Assembly: GCA_051546255.1 (NCBI GenBank)
Contig: CP128818.1
Span: forward strand, 1,302,001-1,357,054
Direction: 5' to 3'
Length of the DNA stretch: 55,054 nt
Origin: Meyerozyma guilliermondii
Lineage: Eukaryota
Both the position numbers and the translations under genes were made by a program. Shown here piece by piece: positions 11,258-20,505 of this stretch. Below the pieces are notes generated by a model, which was given only the letters and a program-made list of their open reading frames with translations, did no database searches and was not told where the DNA came from. Every line of letters starts with the position of its first letter. The stretch's first letter is position 1.

Positions 11258-12283
11258 CTATTGTGATTTTTGAGCATCTAAAATCTGTCCTACTGTATCG
11301 ATGACCGATTCTCTCAAAGAGATGAAAGGAAACTCGAGTAGCTCCATCGTTTTTGTGTTGTCGATCCTTGCCAACTTTGAGGTGATACTGGGTCCAGTTC
11401 CAACTTCGCCGACGGGTAATCTTTCAGATAATTGAGGAAAGGTTGCGTTTAAAATGTCCAATACGTCTTGGGCAGCAAATCTTCCACTGGTCATAAGAAG
11501 TCTCTGGTTCACCAAAGTCTCCCTCTCAAAACTGATGATGTGTGCCTTTGCGACGTCTCTTACATCGATAAAAGTCCCCTTACTGGGAGGCAATTCATCA
11601 TCTTTACCCAATTTCAAAACCTTGTTGATTAATTCGCAAGAAGTATTCAACTCATCCTTCACTGCACTGGTGAAAGCTTGAGGACCGAAAACAAATCCTG
11701 GATTCACAGAAGTCAAGGAAAAGGAGGGATTCTTAGATTCCATGAACTCCCAGGCAGCTTTTTCAGCAAAAGTTTTAGAACCACGGTACCCAGAGACGGG
11801 ATCTTTTTGCGCTTCTTCACGAGTAATATCGTTCCAACTTTGCTCTGTGATTAAGCAGTTGGGGTCAATTTCCATGTGAGAAGCACACACAGCGGCATAG
11901 GAGGAAGTAATGACAACCTTTTTTACCTGGGGTGCATTCTTGTGGATTGAATTCAATGCGTTCAAGGTACCATTAATTGCCGGAATAATGAGATCATTTT
12001 CCGGATCGGTCGTTTTGAAGTGAAATGGAGAAGCGGTGTGAAGAATAACAGTCACCTCCGGATGACGAGATAATGCTTCATCAAAAGCATTCTCAGGGAC
12101 AATATCGGGAACAATTTCATATTGAAAATTGTGAGACTTGAGATTTTTTTTCAACTCTTCACCTTTGTCGTAAGAACGCACCGTTCCAACCACTTTGTAA
12201 CCCTTTTGCAACAATTGGACTACAATATGGGTAGCAATGAATCCAGCAGCTCCTGTGATGAATACGGATGTTGAAGCTGTCAT
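11258..12283 (-). CDS. GRE2: NADPH-dependent aldehyde/methylglyoxal reductase (Gre2/Grp2 family extended SDR)
   Basis: VFITGAAGFIA, LHTASPF, VITSSYAA, YRGSKTFAEKAAW, FIDVRDVAKAH. Confidence 0.9.
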   Translation of the reverse strand: MTASTSVFITGAAGFIATHIVVQLLQKGYKVVGTVRSYDKGEELKKNLKSHNFQYEIVPDIVPENAFDEALSRHPEVTVILHTASPFHFKTTDPENDLIIPAINGTLNALNSIHKNAPQVKKVVITSSYAAVCASHMEIDPNCLITEQSWNDITREEAQKDPVSGYRGSKTFAEKAAWEFMESKNPSFSLTSVNPGFVFGPQAFTSAVKDELNTSCELINKVLKLGKDDELPPSKGTFIDVRDVAKAHIISFERETLVNQRLLMTSGRFAAQDVLDILNATFPQLSERLPVGEVGTGPSITSKLARIDNTKTMELLEFPFISLRESVIDTVGQILDAQKSQ

Positions 12284-12399
12284 TTTTTTCTGCTTCTGCC
12301 AACAACCACCGCCTCTTATATACTCGAAATTTTGATGCGTTACCGATTAGGAAATTAGCGAAGAATCTCAAAACGCTTATTCAAGAAATTTGGCGGATC

Positions 12400-13220
12400 G
12401 GAAAGCGCCCCAATTAGCAATTAGATAATTGTCGGGATATATTCGTTCCTCCTAGTCAGTGTTATCGAAGCAAAACCTTGCTTGAGCGGATGCTGTCAGA
12501 AACTGAATAAACGTTCTATTCTAGTCAAAGAATTTCATGATCGTTTCAAACATTTGCATTCACTGGTAAATCTTTCCTGTACACCAGTATACGTGTTTCA
12601 GTACACATCTGAATTGGGTTTAACTTCGTCGAGTAATTAGTGCCATTTGTGCATTCTACATCTTTTGTCGTAGATACAGTCGTTCGTAAAGACCAATTAC
12701 ATTACTCTCACATGTTACAAAAGGGCACATATTCATCCTTCCGTAAACCATGCTAATACAGTCAGTAGGCTGGACTCTTCAGTGCCTTTTTTAGCCAATC
12801 ACATCCTTATATTTTATGATCTGACTACAGCCTCTTCGAACTACTGAAGACTTGCACGTCGGCCAAACGCCTCCATAAATGCATTTCGGCTTATGAGACG
12901 TAAGGAGATGCTTTACTGAAATTAGATTGAACACACTACTTTATATTGCAGCCATTACTCGAAGGTGGCATATTATTCGTCTATTTATCCGCAGATCGAT
13001 TACGCGATTGCGCATAGATAGGAAAAGCTACAACAATTCCGATTAGAATGAGGTCGAGGACAGTGCTCGTAATCTTATAGATACACGATTTTAATAAAAA
13101 TTAAACGATTGGTGGGTATTGACTTGGCACATTTTTATGTGCTACAGTTGAATAAGTCGCTCCGAACGACTTAAAGGGTTTTTTGGCCCCTTATAGTGAT
13201 GTTCAATAAGTATTTTTGGC
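12400..13220 (+). ncRNA. TER1: Candidate telomerase RNA gene (boundaries approximate)
   Basis: Lies in a ~1.05 kb interval with no long ORF. GTACACCAGTA (12579-12589) is complementary to the telomere repeat with GTA terminal redundancy. Pseudoknot-capable pairings TCTAC/GTAGA (12655-59/12670-74) and CTTTTGT/ACAAAAG (12662-68/12717-23). Three-way junction at 13147-13207 followed by Sm-like ATTTTTGG (13212-13219). Confidence 0.68.
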
Positions 13221-13331
13221 CAATTGATTTTGTGAAAAATTTCCCATTCCTAGTAAAGCTTATCGTCTTTAAGTTATGTGCCCTGCACGTCGCTCAGTAT
13301 ATATTGGAAACGATAGCCGCAAGGGGCCACG

Positions 13332-15212
13332 ATGTTCCAAACATTCAACAAGGGCTCTTTTGAAGCAGTTCAGGATGTTAACACCAAGGATGTCTACCCC
13401 ATAATATCTAAGGAACAACCTATTGTTTTTGGCACGTCGGGATACAAGAGGATTTTGGGACCGCTTGCAAGATCGTCCAACGGTTGCAAAGAATGTCGAT
13501 CCAGAAAGTAAGTAGCTAATTCGTGGACAAAAACTTGGTAACCATACTGACAAAGGAAAAAATGTGATGAGGTTCACCCAAAATGTGGATCTTGTACTCT
13601 GAGGGGTGTGGTATGTGAATGGCCCGTCGTCCAGGAAAGGAAAAGACGGCGCCCAGCGAAGTATTCCAAGCTTACCACAAATAGAACCTCCAACCCAGAG
13701 TCTTTTGAAGAAGACACTGTTCCTACCAAGTTGGATAATGGTCAATTCCTCGAGAAAGTGGGTGCTGCAAACAATATCGAGCTAGAAATCAGTTTGGGAC
13801 AGACCATGGTCCCCAGCCGCAAGAATCATGGGGCCGGTAGAGGCTCGATACTATCACCTGAGCCTGATTTTGGTTTTGACTTTACTGACTTTGCTGGTAC
13901 ATCTTGTTTTGCGACTCTGAGTCCTCGTCTATATAATTGGCCAGTGCCTCCCATTTTTGATGATTACCTACCACTAATCAAGCAACCTAGTTGGAAATTC
14001 CGGGCAAATCTTAGTTCAGAGCATCTTGAGTATCTCGAGTACTATTCCAACTGCTACTGCAGCTCCATATCCATTGGTCTTCTGACCTCGAACTACTTCA
14101 TAAAGACGTTTTTGCAATTGGCGTCCAGTAACGAAGCTATCATGTACTCTCTAGTGTCGTGGGGATGTCTTATGAAACAATCAAGAGAAGAAGCAAAACC
14201 GTACCTCAACAAAGCCGCTAAAATGATGATTAAATACGTCGGGAGCCCTAAGGAACGAGGTAAAGATGAAGTGTTTGCTTTGATGGCCTTTTACTTGATA
14301 GCTATCGGGTGGGAGGTTTGCTCAGGCGATACCAAGAATTGGTATGATCTAATGATACAGCTAAAGGACTTGTTTGATGATCATGGGGGCTTCAGTGCTT
14401 TACTTCATACTTACATGCAAAACAATGACATCCAATGGCTCATATCAGACTATCAGTTTCATGATATCCTTTCCTCAAAAGCATTGCAAAATGGCACTCT
14501 CTTTCCCATGGATGAATACCGAAGTGCCCTCAAAGAGAACTATAGCTATGGTATTGATCCTCTCCAAGGATGTCTTCGTCCTCTCTACTTCATATTAGGG
14601 GACATAATTAACGATCAGGTAGCACTCAGAAGAGAATGGGCTGAGATCGAGCAATTAGTACAATCGGCAGCTAGCTCCTCTGAAAGCATGGAACATGCCA
14701 TTAATAGGCGGCTTGACTTTTACAATAATTGCCAAGCACTCAGTGAAATGTACGAGACCCGGGTGCACAATTTCACACTCGCAGAAAGCTGTACAGCTTC
14801 ACTTATAACTGACAGTGATGATGTCGAGATGCACATGATGCTTTTCGAGCTTTATTTGAATGTTTGCTTGATCTATATTGGCAATTACATCTCAAAGCTT
14901 CCAACAAACTCCGTCAAACAACAAACATTATTGCTCAAATGCCTAAAGCACATCGACTTTTTGCTTGAAACAAGAATGAAAGTGTCATTAACATTCCTGT
15001 TGCTAATGGTAGGAATCCTTTGTGTGACACCAGCAGATAGGCATGCTATGGCTCAGAGATTCAAGATGCTCAGACAGAATTATGCTGTGGGAAATGTGTC
15101 CAAAATTATAGAGATTGTACACGAGTCCTGGGAACTCAATCCTGATGGCTTGCTGCCCGTTGATTGGGCAGACATAGCTTGCAGCAGAGGATGGGATTTA
15201 TACGTGGGCTGA
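13332..15212 (+). CDS. Zn2Cys6 transcription factor with Fungal_trans_2-type C-terminal domain; 2 exons (13332-13507, 13556-15212)
   Basis: Removing the 48-nt intron (GTAAGT...TACTGAC..AAG, 13508-13555) rebuilds RSSNGCKECRSRKKKCDEVHPKCGSCT.RGVVCEWP; the C-terminal region has GIDPLQGC and VDWADI...GWDL. Confidence 0.88.
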
Positions 15213-15299
15213 TCTTTGACGAGAGAAATAGCATATTTCATGAAGAGAGTTCAAGATACTACCACGGTCCGATGAGCCATAAATATACACTCACAACGT

Positions 15300-16745
15300 C
15301 TACAGCTTGTATTTAGATACAAACCTAGCGTGTGATTTTGACCATTTATCAATCCATTCGCTTCCTGATGGCAAGAATGTGGTTCTAAGATGGAACGTTC
15401 CCTTGACTTGTCCAAACCCGTTTCCTGGGATACAACAAATACCAGTCTCTTCCAAAAGTGAGGTACAATAAAGTTCATCAACAGTGAGTTCCATTTGGTT
15501 TGCTGCCTCAAAAAGCCTACCATATGATTCTTTAGTGAAATTCAATTTGGGGAATAGATACATTGCACCCATTGGTTTATTACAGGTGATGTCCTCCATC
15601 TTATTGAAAGCAGCGTGCAATTTTGTTGCTCTTTCTTGAAGTTCACGGTGAATTCCCGTGGTCTCCTTGCGGTAAAGCTCGTAGGAAGGATCACCTTGTT
15701 TAGGAGGATTGACCATGAGTTCCACCAAAGCTTGACCAGATACAACAGAACATAAATTGATAGAAGCCAATTTAAAGACGACGTCTTTTACTTCTTGAGT
15801 GAAACCAACGAGTTCCATGTAGCCACCTCTTTGTCCGCACTCACCACTGACACCTTTCGAAGTGGAATGTAAAGAAGCAAGCTGAACATATTTGTACAAT
15901 TCTGGGTTGGCTTCAAGCAATTCGTGGAGAACTTTTCGAACAGAAATGAATTCACGTTCAAAAATATTGTTTTGGTATACTTCGTCAGCAATGAGTACAA
16001 TCCCATATTCGGCCGCAATATTTATGAGTTCCACGATGTCAGATCTTTCAAGAATGGCGCCAGTTGGGTTTCCTGGGTTGATAACAACCAAAGCGCTAAT
16101 TTCAACTCCTTTTTGCTTATTCTGATGAATCAAGTCTCTGATAGAAGCAGGATTGGTAGCCCAATGGTTACTTTCATCAAGGAAATAGCCGATAGGCACG
16201 GCGTTGTTCAACGATATAGTAGCAGTGTACAGCGGATATTGAGGGATGGGAATAAGAAACCCAGACTTATCGCTAGTTGACAATATCTCAAACAAATAAG
16301 ACACAGCGGCCGAAGCACCACCAGTCAAAAAGATGTTGTCGGGATTGGAAGGAAACCCATCACGCTTCGATATGAATTCAGCCACAGATTTCCGGATAAG
16401 GGAGTCACCTTGGGAATGCGAGTAAGCTCCTATAGATCCAATACTATCAAGGATATTCCTCGCACGAGATATAACATCTTTGGGGAACAAGTCGTCTGCT
16501 TCCGCTAATTTGGGATACTGAAGAATTGACAACACTTGGCGGTACCAAGTCAATGGCTCTTGACCCAATTGCTGAGGGTTACCAATATTAGCACTGATAA
16601 TTCGATCAAACGTGAGACTCAGTGGATCCTGTTTCAATTTTGACCGAAGCTCGTCAGCACGAATCGGTATTTTTCCTCTGACAGCATATTTTGCTTCCAA
16701 AGTCAGCTGGTTCAAATCCTTGGCGCTAAGAGGAGCAGCTGGCAT
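15300..16745 (-). CDS. ALT1: Alanine aminotransferase (possible upstream start at 16838)
   Basis: YAVRG, ANIGNPQQL, GAYSHSQG, INPGNPTG, ADEVYQ, SLHSTSKG (PLP lysine), GECGQRGG, HLRTTFLP. Confidence 0.93.
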   Translation of the reverse strand: MPAAPLSAKDLNQLTLEAKYAVRGKIPIRADELRSKLKQDPLSLTFDRIISANIGNPQQLGQEPLTWYRQVLSILQYPKLAEADDLFPKDVISRARNILDSIGSIGAYSHSQGDSLIRKSVAEFISKRDGFPSNPDNIFLTGGASAAVSYLFEILSTSDKSGFLIPIPQYPLYTATISLNNAVPIGYFLDESNHWATNPASIRDLIHQNKQKGVEISALVVINPGNPTGAILERSDIVELINIAAEYGIVLIADEVYQNNIFEREFISVRKVLHELLEANPELYKYVQLASLHSTSKGVSGECGQRGGYMELVGFTQEVKDVVFKLASINLCSVVSGQALVELMVNPPKQGDPSYELYRKETTGIHRELQERATKLHAAFNKMEDITCNKPMGAMYLFPKLNFTKESYGRLFEAANQMELTVDELYCTSLLEETGICCIPGNGFGQVKGTFHLRTTFLPSGSEWIDKWSKSHARFVSKYKL

Positions 16746-17192
16746 GAGAGAGAGGAATCGACGAGTATTTTCACATGAAGTGGCAGTCTTATAATATTCA
16801 CTTGAAATGACTAGAAAAAGTATTTCGCGACCGCACATTCAATGCCGTCGCTAGATACCGAATTCAGGGGGAACCGTTTATCGTCGGATCAATGGATGGA
16901 GATTTGTGGACTTTAGCGAACCTGACTGGCAAATGAACAAATCGGTACATGCGACAAACTGATTGAATGGTATATCTTGTTTAGGCAAGAGATAAAGCCG
17001 TACATAAATTCTGATTACATGAGATGAATCAGTAAATTGCCCTATACTCTACGCTCCCTTAAAGTCTGGACTGTGGGCCTATTATGCCCATTATCAACAG
17101 CGAACGGAAGAGAAATTAAAGTATAGGTATAATTTCGCAGCCACCGTTACCCCAGATTTTTATCGTAAATTCGCGGAGTTCAGACCGTCGAT

Positions 17193-18959
17193 ATGTCTAA
17201 AAGGAGTCAGGTTTGTGACCGATGTCGATTAACCAAGCGGGCTTGTATAGGAGGTGGGGATACTTGTCTTGCTTGTCTAAGGGCTGATATAAAGTGCCAG
17301 GTGACAGTAAAACTAAAAAGAAAACGAAAACCAAATTCAAGTTTGGAAGATCTCGGAACAAACGATGATGGAATGAAAATCATAGCGCTAGAAAATCGTA
17401 TCAAAGAACTAGAAAGCCAGTTAAAAGAAGATACAAGCAATGACCTTGTGTTTTGTCATTTGGGGAGATTATTGCCGGGATCAAAAGAATCCATCTTTGC
17501 TGGTTCAACTACGGGAGACTTCTTCATGAGACAAATTCAAAACGAGGTCAACGAAAAGATGACTCACAGCTATTCGTTCACTGAAACTGCATCTTTGGCT
17601 TTCCGTTCTACCAGTGAATTACACAGGCGGCTCAAAAATGCTGTCGATATATCATTCTTGAATGATTTAGATCAGGTCGAAATGATCACAAGTTATAAAC
17701 GAGACTGGAACTCTTTATATCCATTCTTGGACGATGTTACGCCACAAACAATACTACCAAACAATGAGCTCGAGAAATTCACAACACATACAATCTATAC
17801 CCATTTCATGATCATATGCATTCAATTGTTGTCAAATAATGACATTGCCAATGCTGCTACGCTCTTCCGGTTCTTGCAAGAAAAGTATTTGGTCAGTCTT
17901 ATGGAACCACCCACCATGGCTGTTTTGAAATGCTATTTGGTCACTATGATCTACTTACAACTAGTGGGAAATCACGATCTATGTCTTCAATTCAATGGAA
18001 TGGCAGTACGTCTAGCATTTTTGTTTGGACTTCACCGACACTCGTTTCGATTCAACTTCTCACCAGCCGAGGTCGAATTCAGAAAATCCTATTGGTGGTG
18101 TGTGTATATCCTTGACCTTCAGATAAGTTGCAACAATGGTTTGCCCAAACTTATCAAGGATGAAGATGTCGATACAGAATTGCCAACTGAGTTCAACAAA
18201 CTTACCTTGCAAAATATTGAATACCCTCTTCCTGGTGAGAAAGCGAAAAACAGCGGCTTCGTTTTGCTAGTAAAGTTGTTCAAAGTCTTGAATGAAATCC
18301 TTGCTTCTCTTTATACAACGACAGAACGGAGAAATGGAGTTCCAAAGATTACTCTGTTAAGAAGAAAGTTAGATCACTGGAGAGAAGAATTTCTATCAGT
18401 TCATGAAGAAACTTCCACAGAGAGAATAATCACTCTTTTATATTACTCCCTCATGATTCATCTATATCGACCGGGCCTTACGTTTCCGAAAGAGGTTGAG
18501 TTTTTTCAACACAGCTTGCAAGAAAGTGTAGTTTCGAGTCAAAAATTCATTATTCAATTTGAAAAAATCAAGAGCGAGGTGAATGGACGAGTACATGTCC
18601 TTTACTTGGTTGGATTTCATATGTTATTTCAGTGTTCTTTACTACTACAATATGCTGACGTTTTGGTTGTGACCAATCAAATATCTCTCCCGAGTCATGA
18701 AAACTCGAAGAAGTATATCGAGACAGCCACAAGATGCTTGGATGAAGTTGTCGAAACGAAAAAATTTGGTGATCGGGTATCTGTGATATCCAACTGTTCT
18801 TACATACTAAAGCGGATGAATGACATGATCAAAGAATATGACACAAAGGATCTTAGCGTGATGGTTGAAACAGGGAATATTTTGGGGTCCCATTGGGAAG
18901 AACAATTGGAACTGTTATTTTTGAACGTCACCTCGGAGTCTTTGAATTTGGATTTATGA
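17193..18959 (+). CDS. Zn2Cys6 transcription factor with Fungal_trans domain
   Basis: CDRCRLTKRACIGGGDTCLACLRADIKC; GLHRH...EFRKSYWWCVYILD...DVDTELP. Confidence 0.92.
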   Translation: MSKRSQVCDRCRLTKRACIGGGDTCLACLRADIKCQVTVKLKRKRKPNSSLEDLGTNDDGMKIIALENRIKELESQLKEDTSNDLVFCHLGRLLPGSKESIFAGSTTGDFFMRQIQNEVNEKMTHSYSFTETASLAFRSTSELHRRLKNAVDISFLNDLDQVEMITSYKRDWNSLYPFLDDVTPQTILPNNELEKFTTHTIYTHFMIICIQLLSNNDIANAATLFRFLQEKYLVSLMEPPTMAVLKCYLVTMIYLQLVGNHDLCLQFNGMAVRLAFLFGLHRHSFRFNFSPAEVEFRKSYWWCVYILDLQISCNNGLPKLIKDEDVDTELPTEFNKLTLQNIEYPLPGEKAKNSGFVLLVKLFKVLNEILASLYTTTERRNGVPKITLLRRKLDHWREEFLSVHEETSTERIITLLYYSLMIHLYRPGLTFPKEVEFFQHSLQESVVSSQKFIIQFEKIKSEVNGRVHVLYLVGFHMLFQCSLLLQYADVLVVTNQISLPSHENSKKYIETATRCLDEVVETKKFGDRVSVISNCSYILKRMNDMIKEYDTKDLSVMVETGNILGSHWEEQLELLFLNVTSESLNLDL

Positions 18960-18984
18960 GTATATTTGACGATTTAAATGATAA

Positions 18985-20334
18985 CTATGATTGCACTACG
19001 TTATCCACCATGTAGCTGCATGCTCCCAAATAGTTCTTTGGATCGCATAGTCTTTCCAAAAGTTGAGGCTCAACCTTACTCACAATTTTAGGATCTGTTT
19101 TCAACACGCTGAGAAGACTTGAGCCACTATCGTGGGCTTTAACACAGCTTTCATAAACAACATTATGTGCTGAGTGTCTACCAATAAAAGGAGCTATGCC
19201 CATCATAACTGCTTCTGCCACTATGAGTCCTCTACTTGAAGCAAGATTCTCGGCCATAGAGTCTGGTTTCACTACCAAACCCAGCAATGCTGTTCTTGCT
19301 TGATGAAGAGAACCTACTAAAACAATAAAGGATTCAGGAACGCAAAGCCACTCCAAGTGCCATGGACCTGAAGCTCTTTCAAAATCAACTACCATTGCGT
19401 CGAGTGCCAAGCTTGCATTTGCTCTCAAGATCTTTGAAGCTGCCAACATATACTCCGAAGATATTGGGTTTCTCTTCTGGGGCATTGTGGATGAGGCACC
19501 TCTATGTGTAACAAAAGGCTCGGAAACCTCGTTGATTTCATTTGAAGACATGGCGATGATATCCAAAGCGATCTTTCCAATTGAGCCACCAATGATAGCC
19601 AAGACGGAAACAATTTCTGCGATTCCATCTCTCGCTGCGTGCCAAGTAATTGAGGGATTTTCAAGTCCAAGAAGTTTGCTGAGCTCTGCTCTGACTTTCA
19701 ATCCAACATCGGTTCCGCCCAAAGATGCCAATGTACCAGCTGCACCGCCAAACTGAGCCAAGAGACAACGTCTTTTCGTTTGCTCTAACCTTTCAATAGA
19801 CCTTTGGATACCTGAAACCCATACAGCACACTTGTATCCAAATGTGATGGGTAGAGCTTGCTGGAAATGAGTCCTCCCTGGCATCGCAGAATCTTTATAT
19901 TTTGCAGCCATTTCTTTCAAAGTTGCAACAATTCCTTGGAGATACGTTTCTACAAGACTAAGGGCATCTTTGATTTGCAACATGGAAGCATTGTCCATTA
20001 TATCTTGCGTCGTTGCACCCCAATGCAAATACTCGCCTAAATCACCGGGAAACTTTTTTGTCAACTGATTCAAAAGAGGTAGGACACAATATCCAACATT
20101 GTCGGTTTCGTTGCCCATTAGTTCGTAGTCAAACTCAAAAGTCTCATTTTTGGCAATTTCGAAGATTTGATCTGCCTTCTCCTTTGGAATCACATTCAAG
20201 CTACCTTCAGCTTTGGCTAAGCATATCTCTGCTTCCACCATATACTTGACATATTGAACATCCGAAAAAATATCTCTTATTTTTTTGGTGCCGAAAATAT
20301 TTTGAAATAGCCTCGAGTTGTAGACGGTGGACAT
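18985..20334 (-). CDS. Fumarase/aspartase-superfamily lyase, PcaB (3-carboxy-cis,cis-muconate cycloisomerase)/adenylosuccinate-lyase-like
   Basis: HWGATTQD, GRTHFQQALP, QFGGAAGTLASL, signature GASSTMPQKRNP, FERASGPWHLEW, C-terminal DPKNYLG. Confidence 0.88.
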   Translation of the reverse strand: MSTVYNSRLFQNIFGTKKIRDIFSDVQYVKYMVEAEICLAKAEGSLNVIPKEKADQIFEIAKNETFEFDYELMGNETDNVGYCVLPLLNQLTKKFPGDLGEYLHWGATTQDIMDNASMLQIKDALSLVETYLQGIVATLKEMAAKYKDSAMPGRTHFQQALPITFGYKCAVWVSGIQRSIERLEQTKRRCLLAQFGGAAGTLASLGGTDVGLKVRAELSKLLGLENPSITWHAARDGIAEIVSVLAIIGGSIGKIALDIIAMSSNEINEVSEPFVTHRGASSTMPQKRNPISSEYMLAASKILRANASLALDAMVVDFERASGPWHLEWLCVPESFIVLVGSLHQARTALLGLVVKPDSMAENLASSRGLIVAEAVMMGIAPFIGRHSAHNVVYESCVKAHDSGSSLLSVLKTDPKIVSKVEPQLLERLCDPKNYLGACSYMVDNVVQS

Positions 20335-20505
20335 TGGTAACCGCTTATAGTGGGGTCAATATGGTATTTTTATACATGGTCTGTCAAGCCGACTGCTTAG
20401 CGAGCTGCGAATTTAATCCGATGGATTAATTTTCGACCCCGCATTTTCTGAGATGCATGAATTACAATATTTAAAGGTTGCAAAAATCATGGATCTTTCA
20501 AAGAA

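Noticed and set aside
12579..12606. Interstitial telomere remnant explanation for GTACACCAGTA / CAGTACAC
   Set aside because: Only ~1.4 units rather than a tandem tract; the surrounding structure fits a template better, although chance cannot be fully excluded.
13269..13745. 158-aa minus-strand ORF
   Set aside because: Antisense to the spliced 5' end of the Zn2Cys6 gene; no recognisable motifs.
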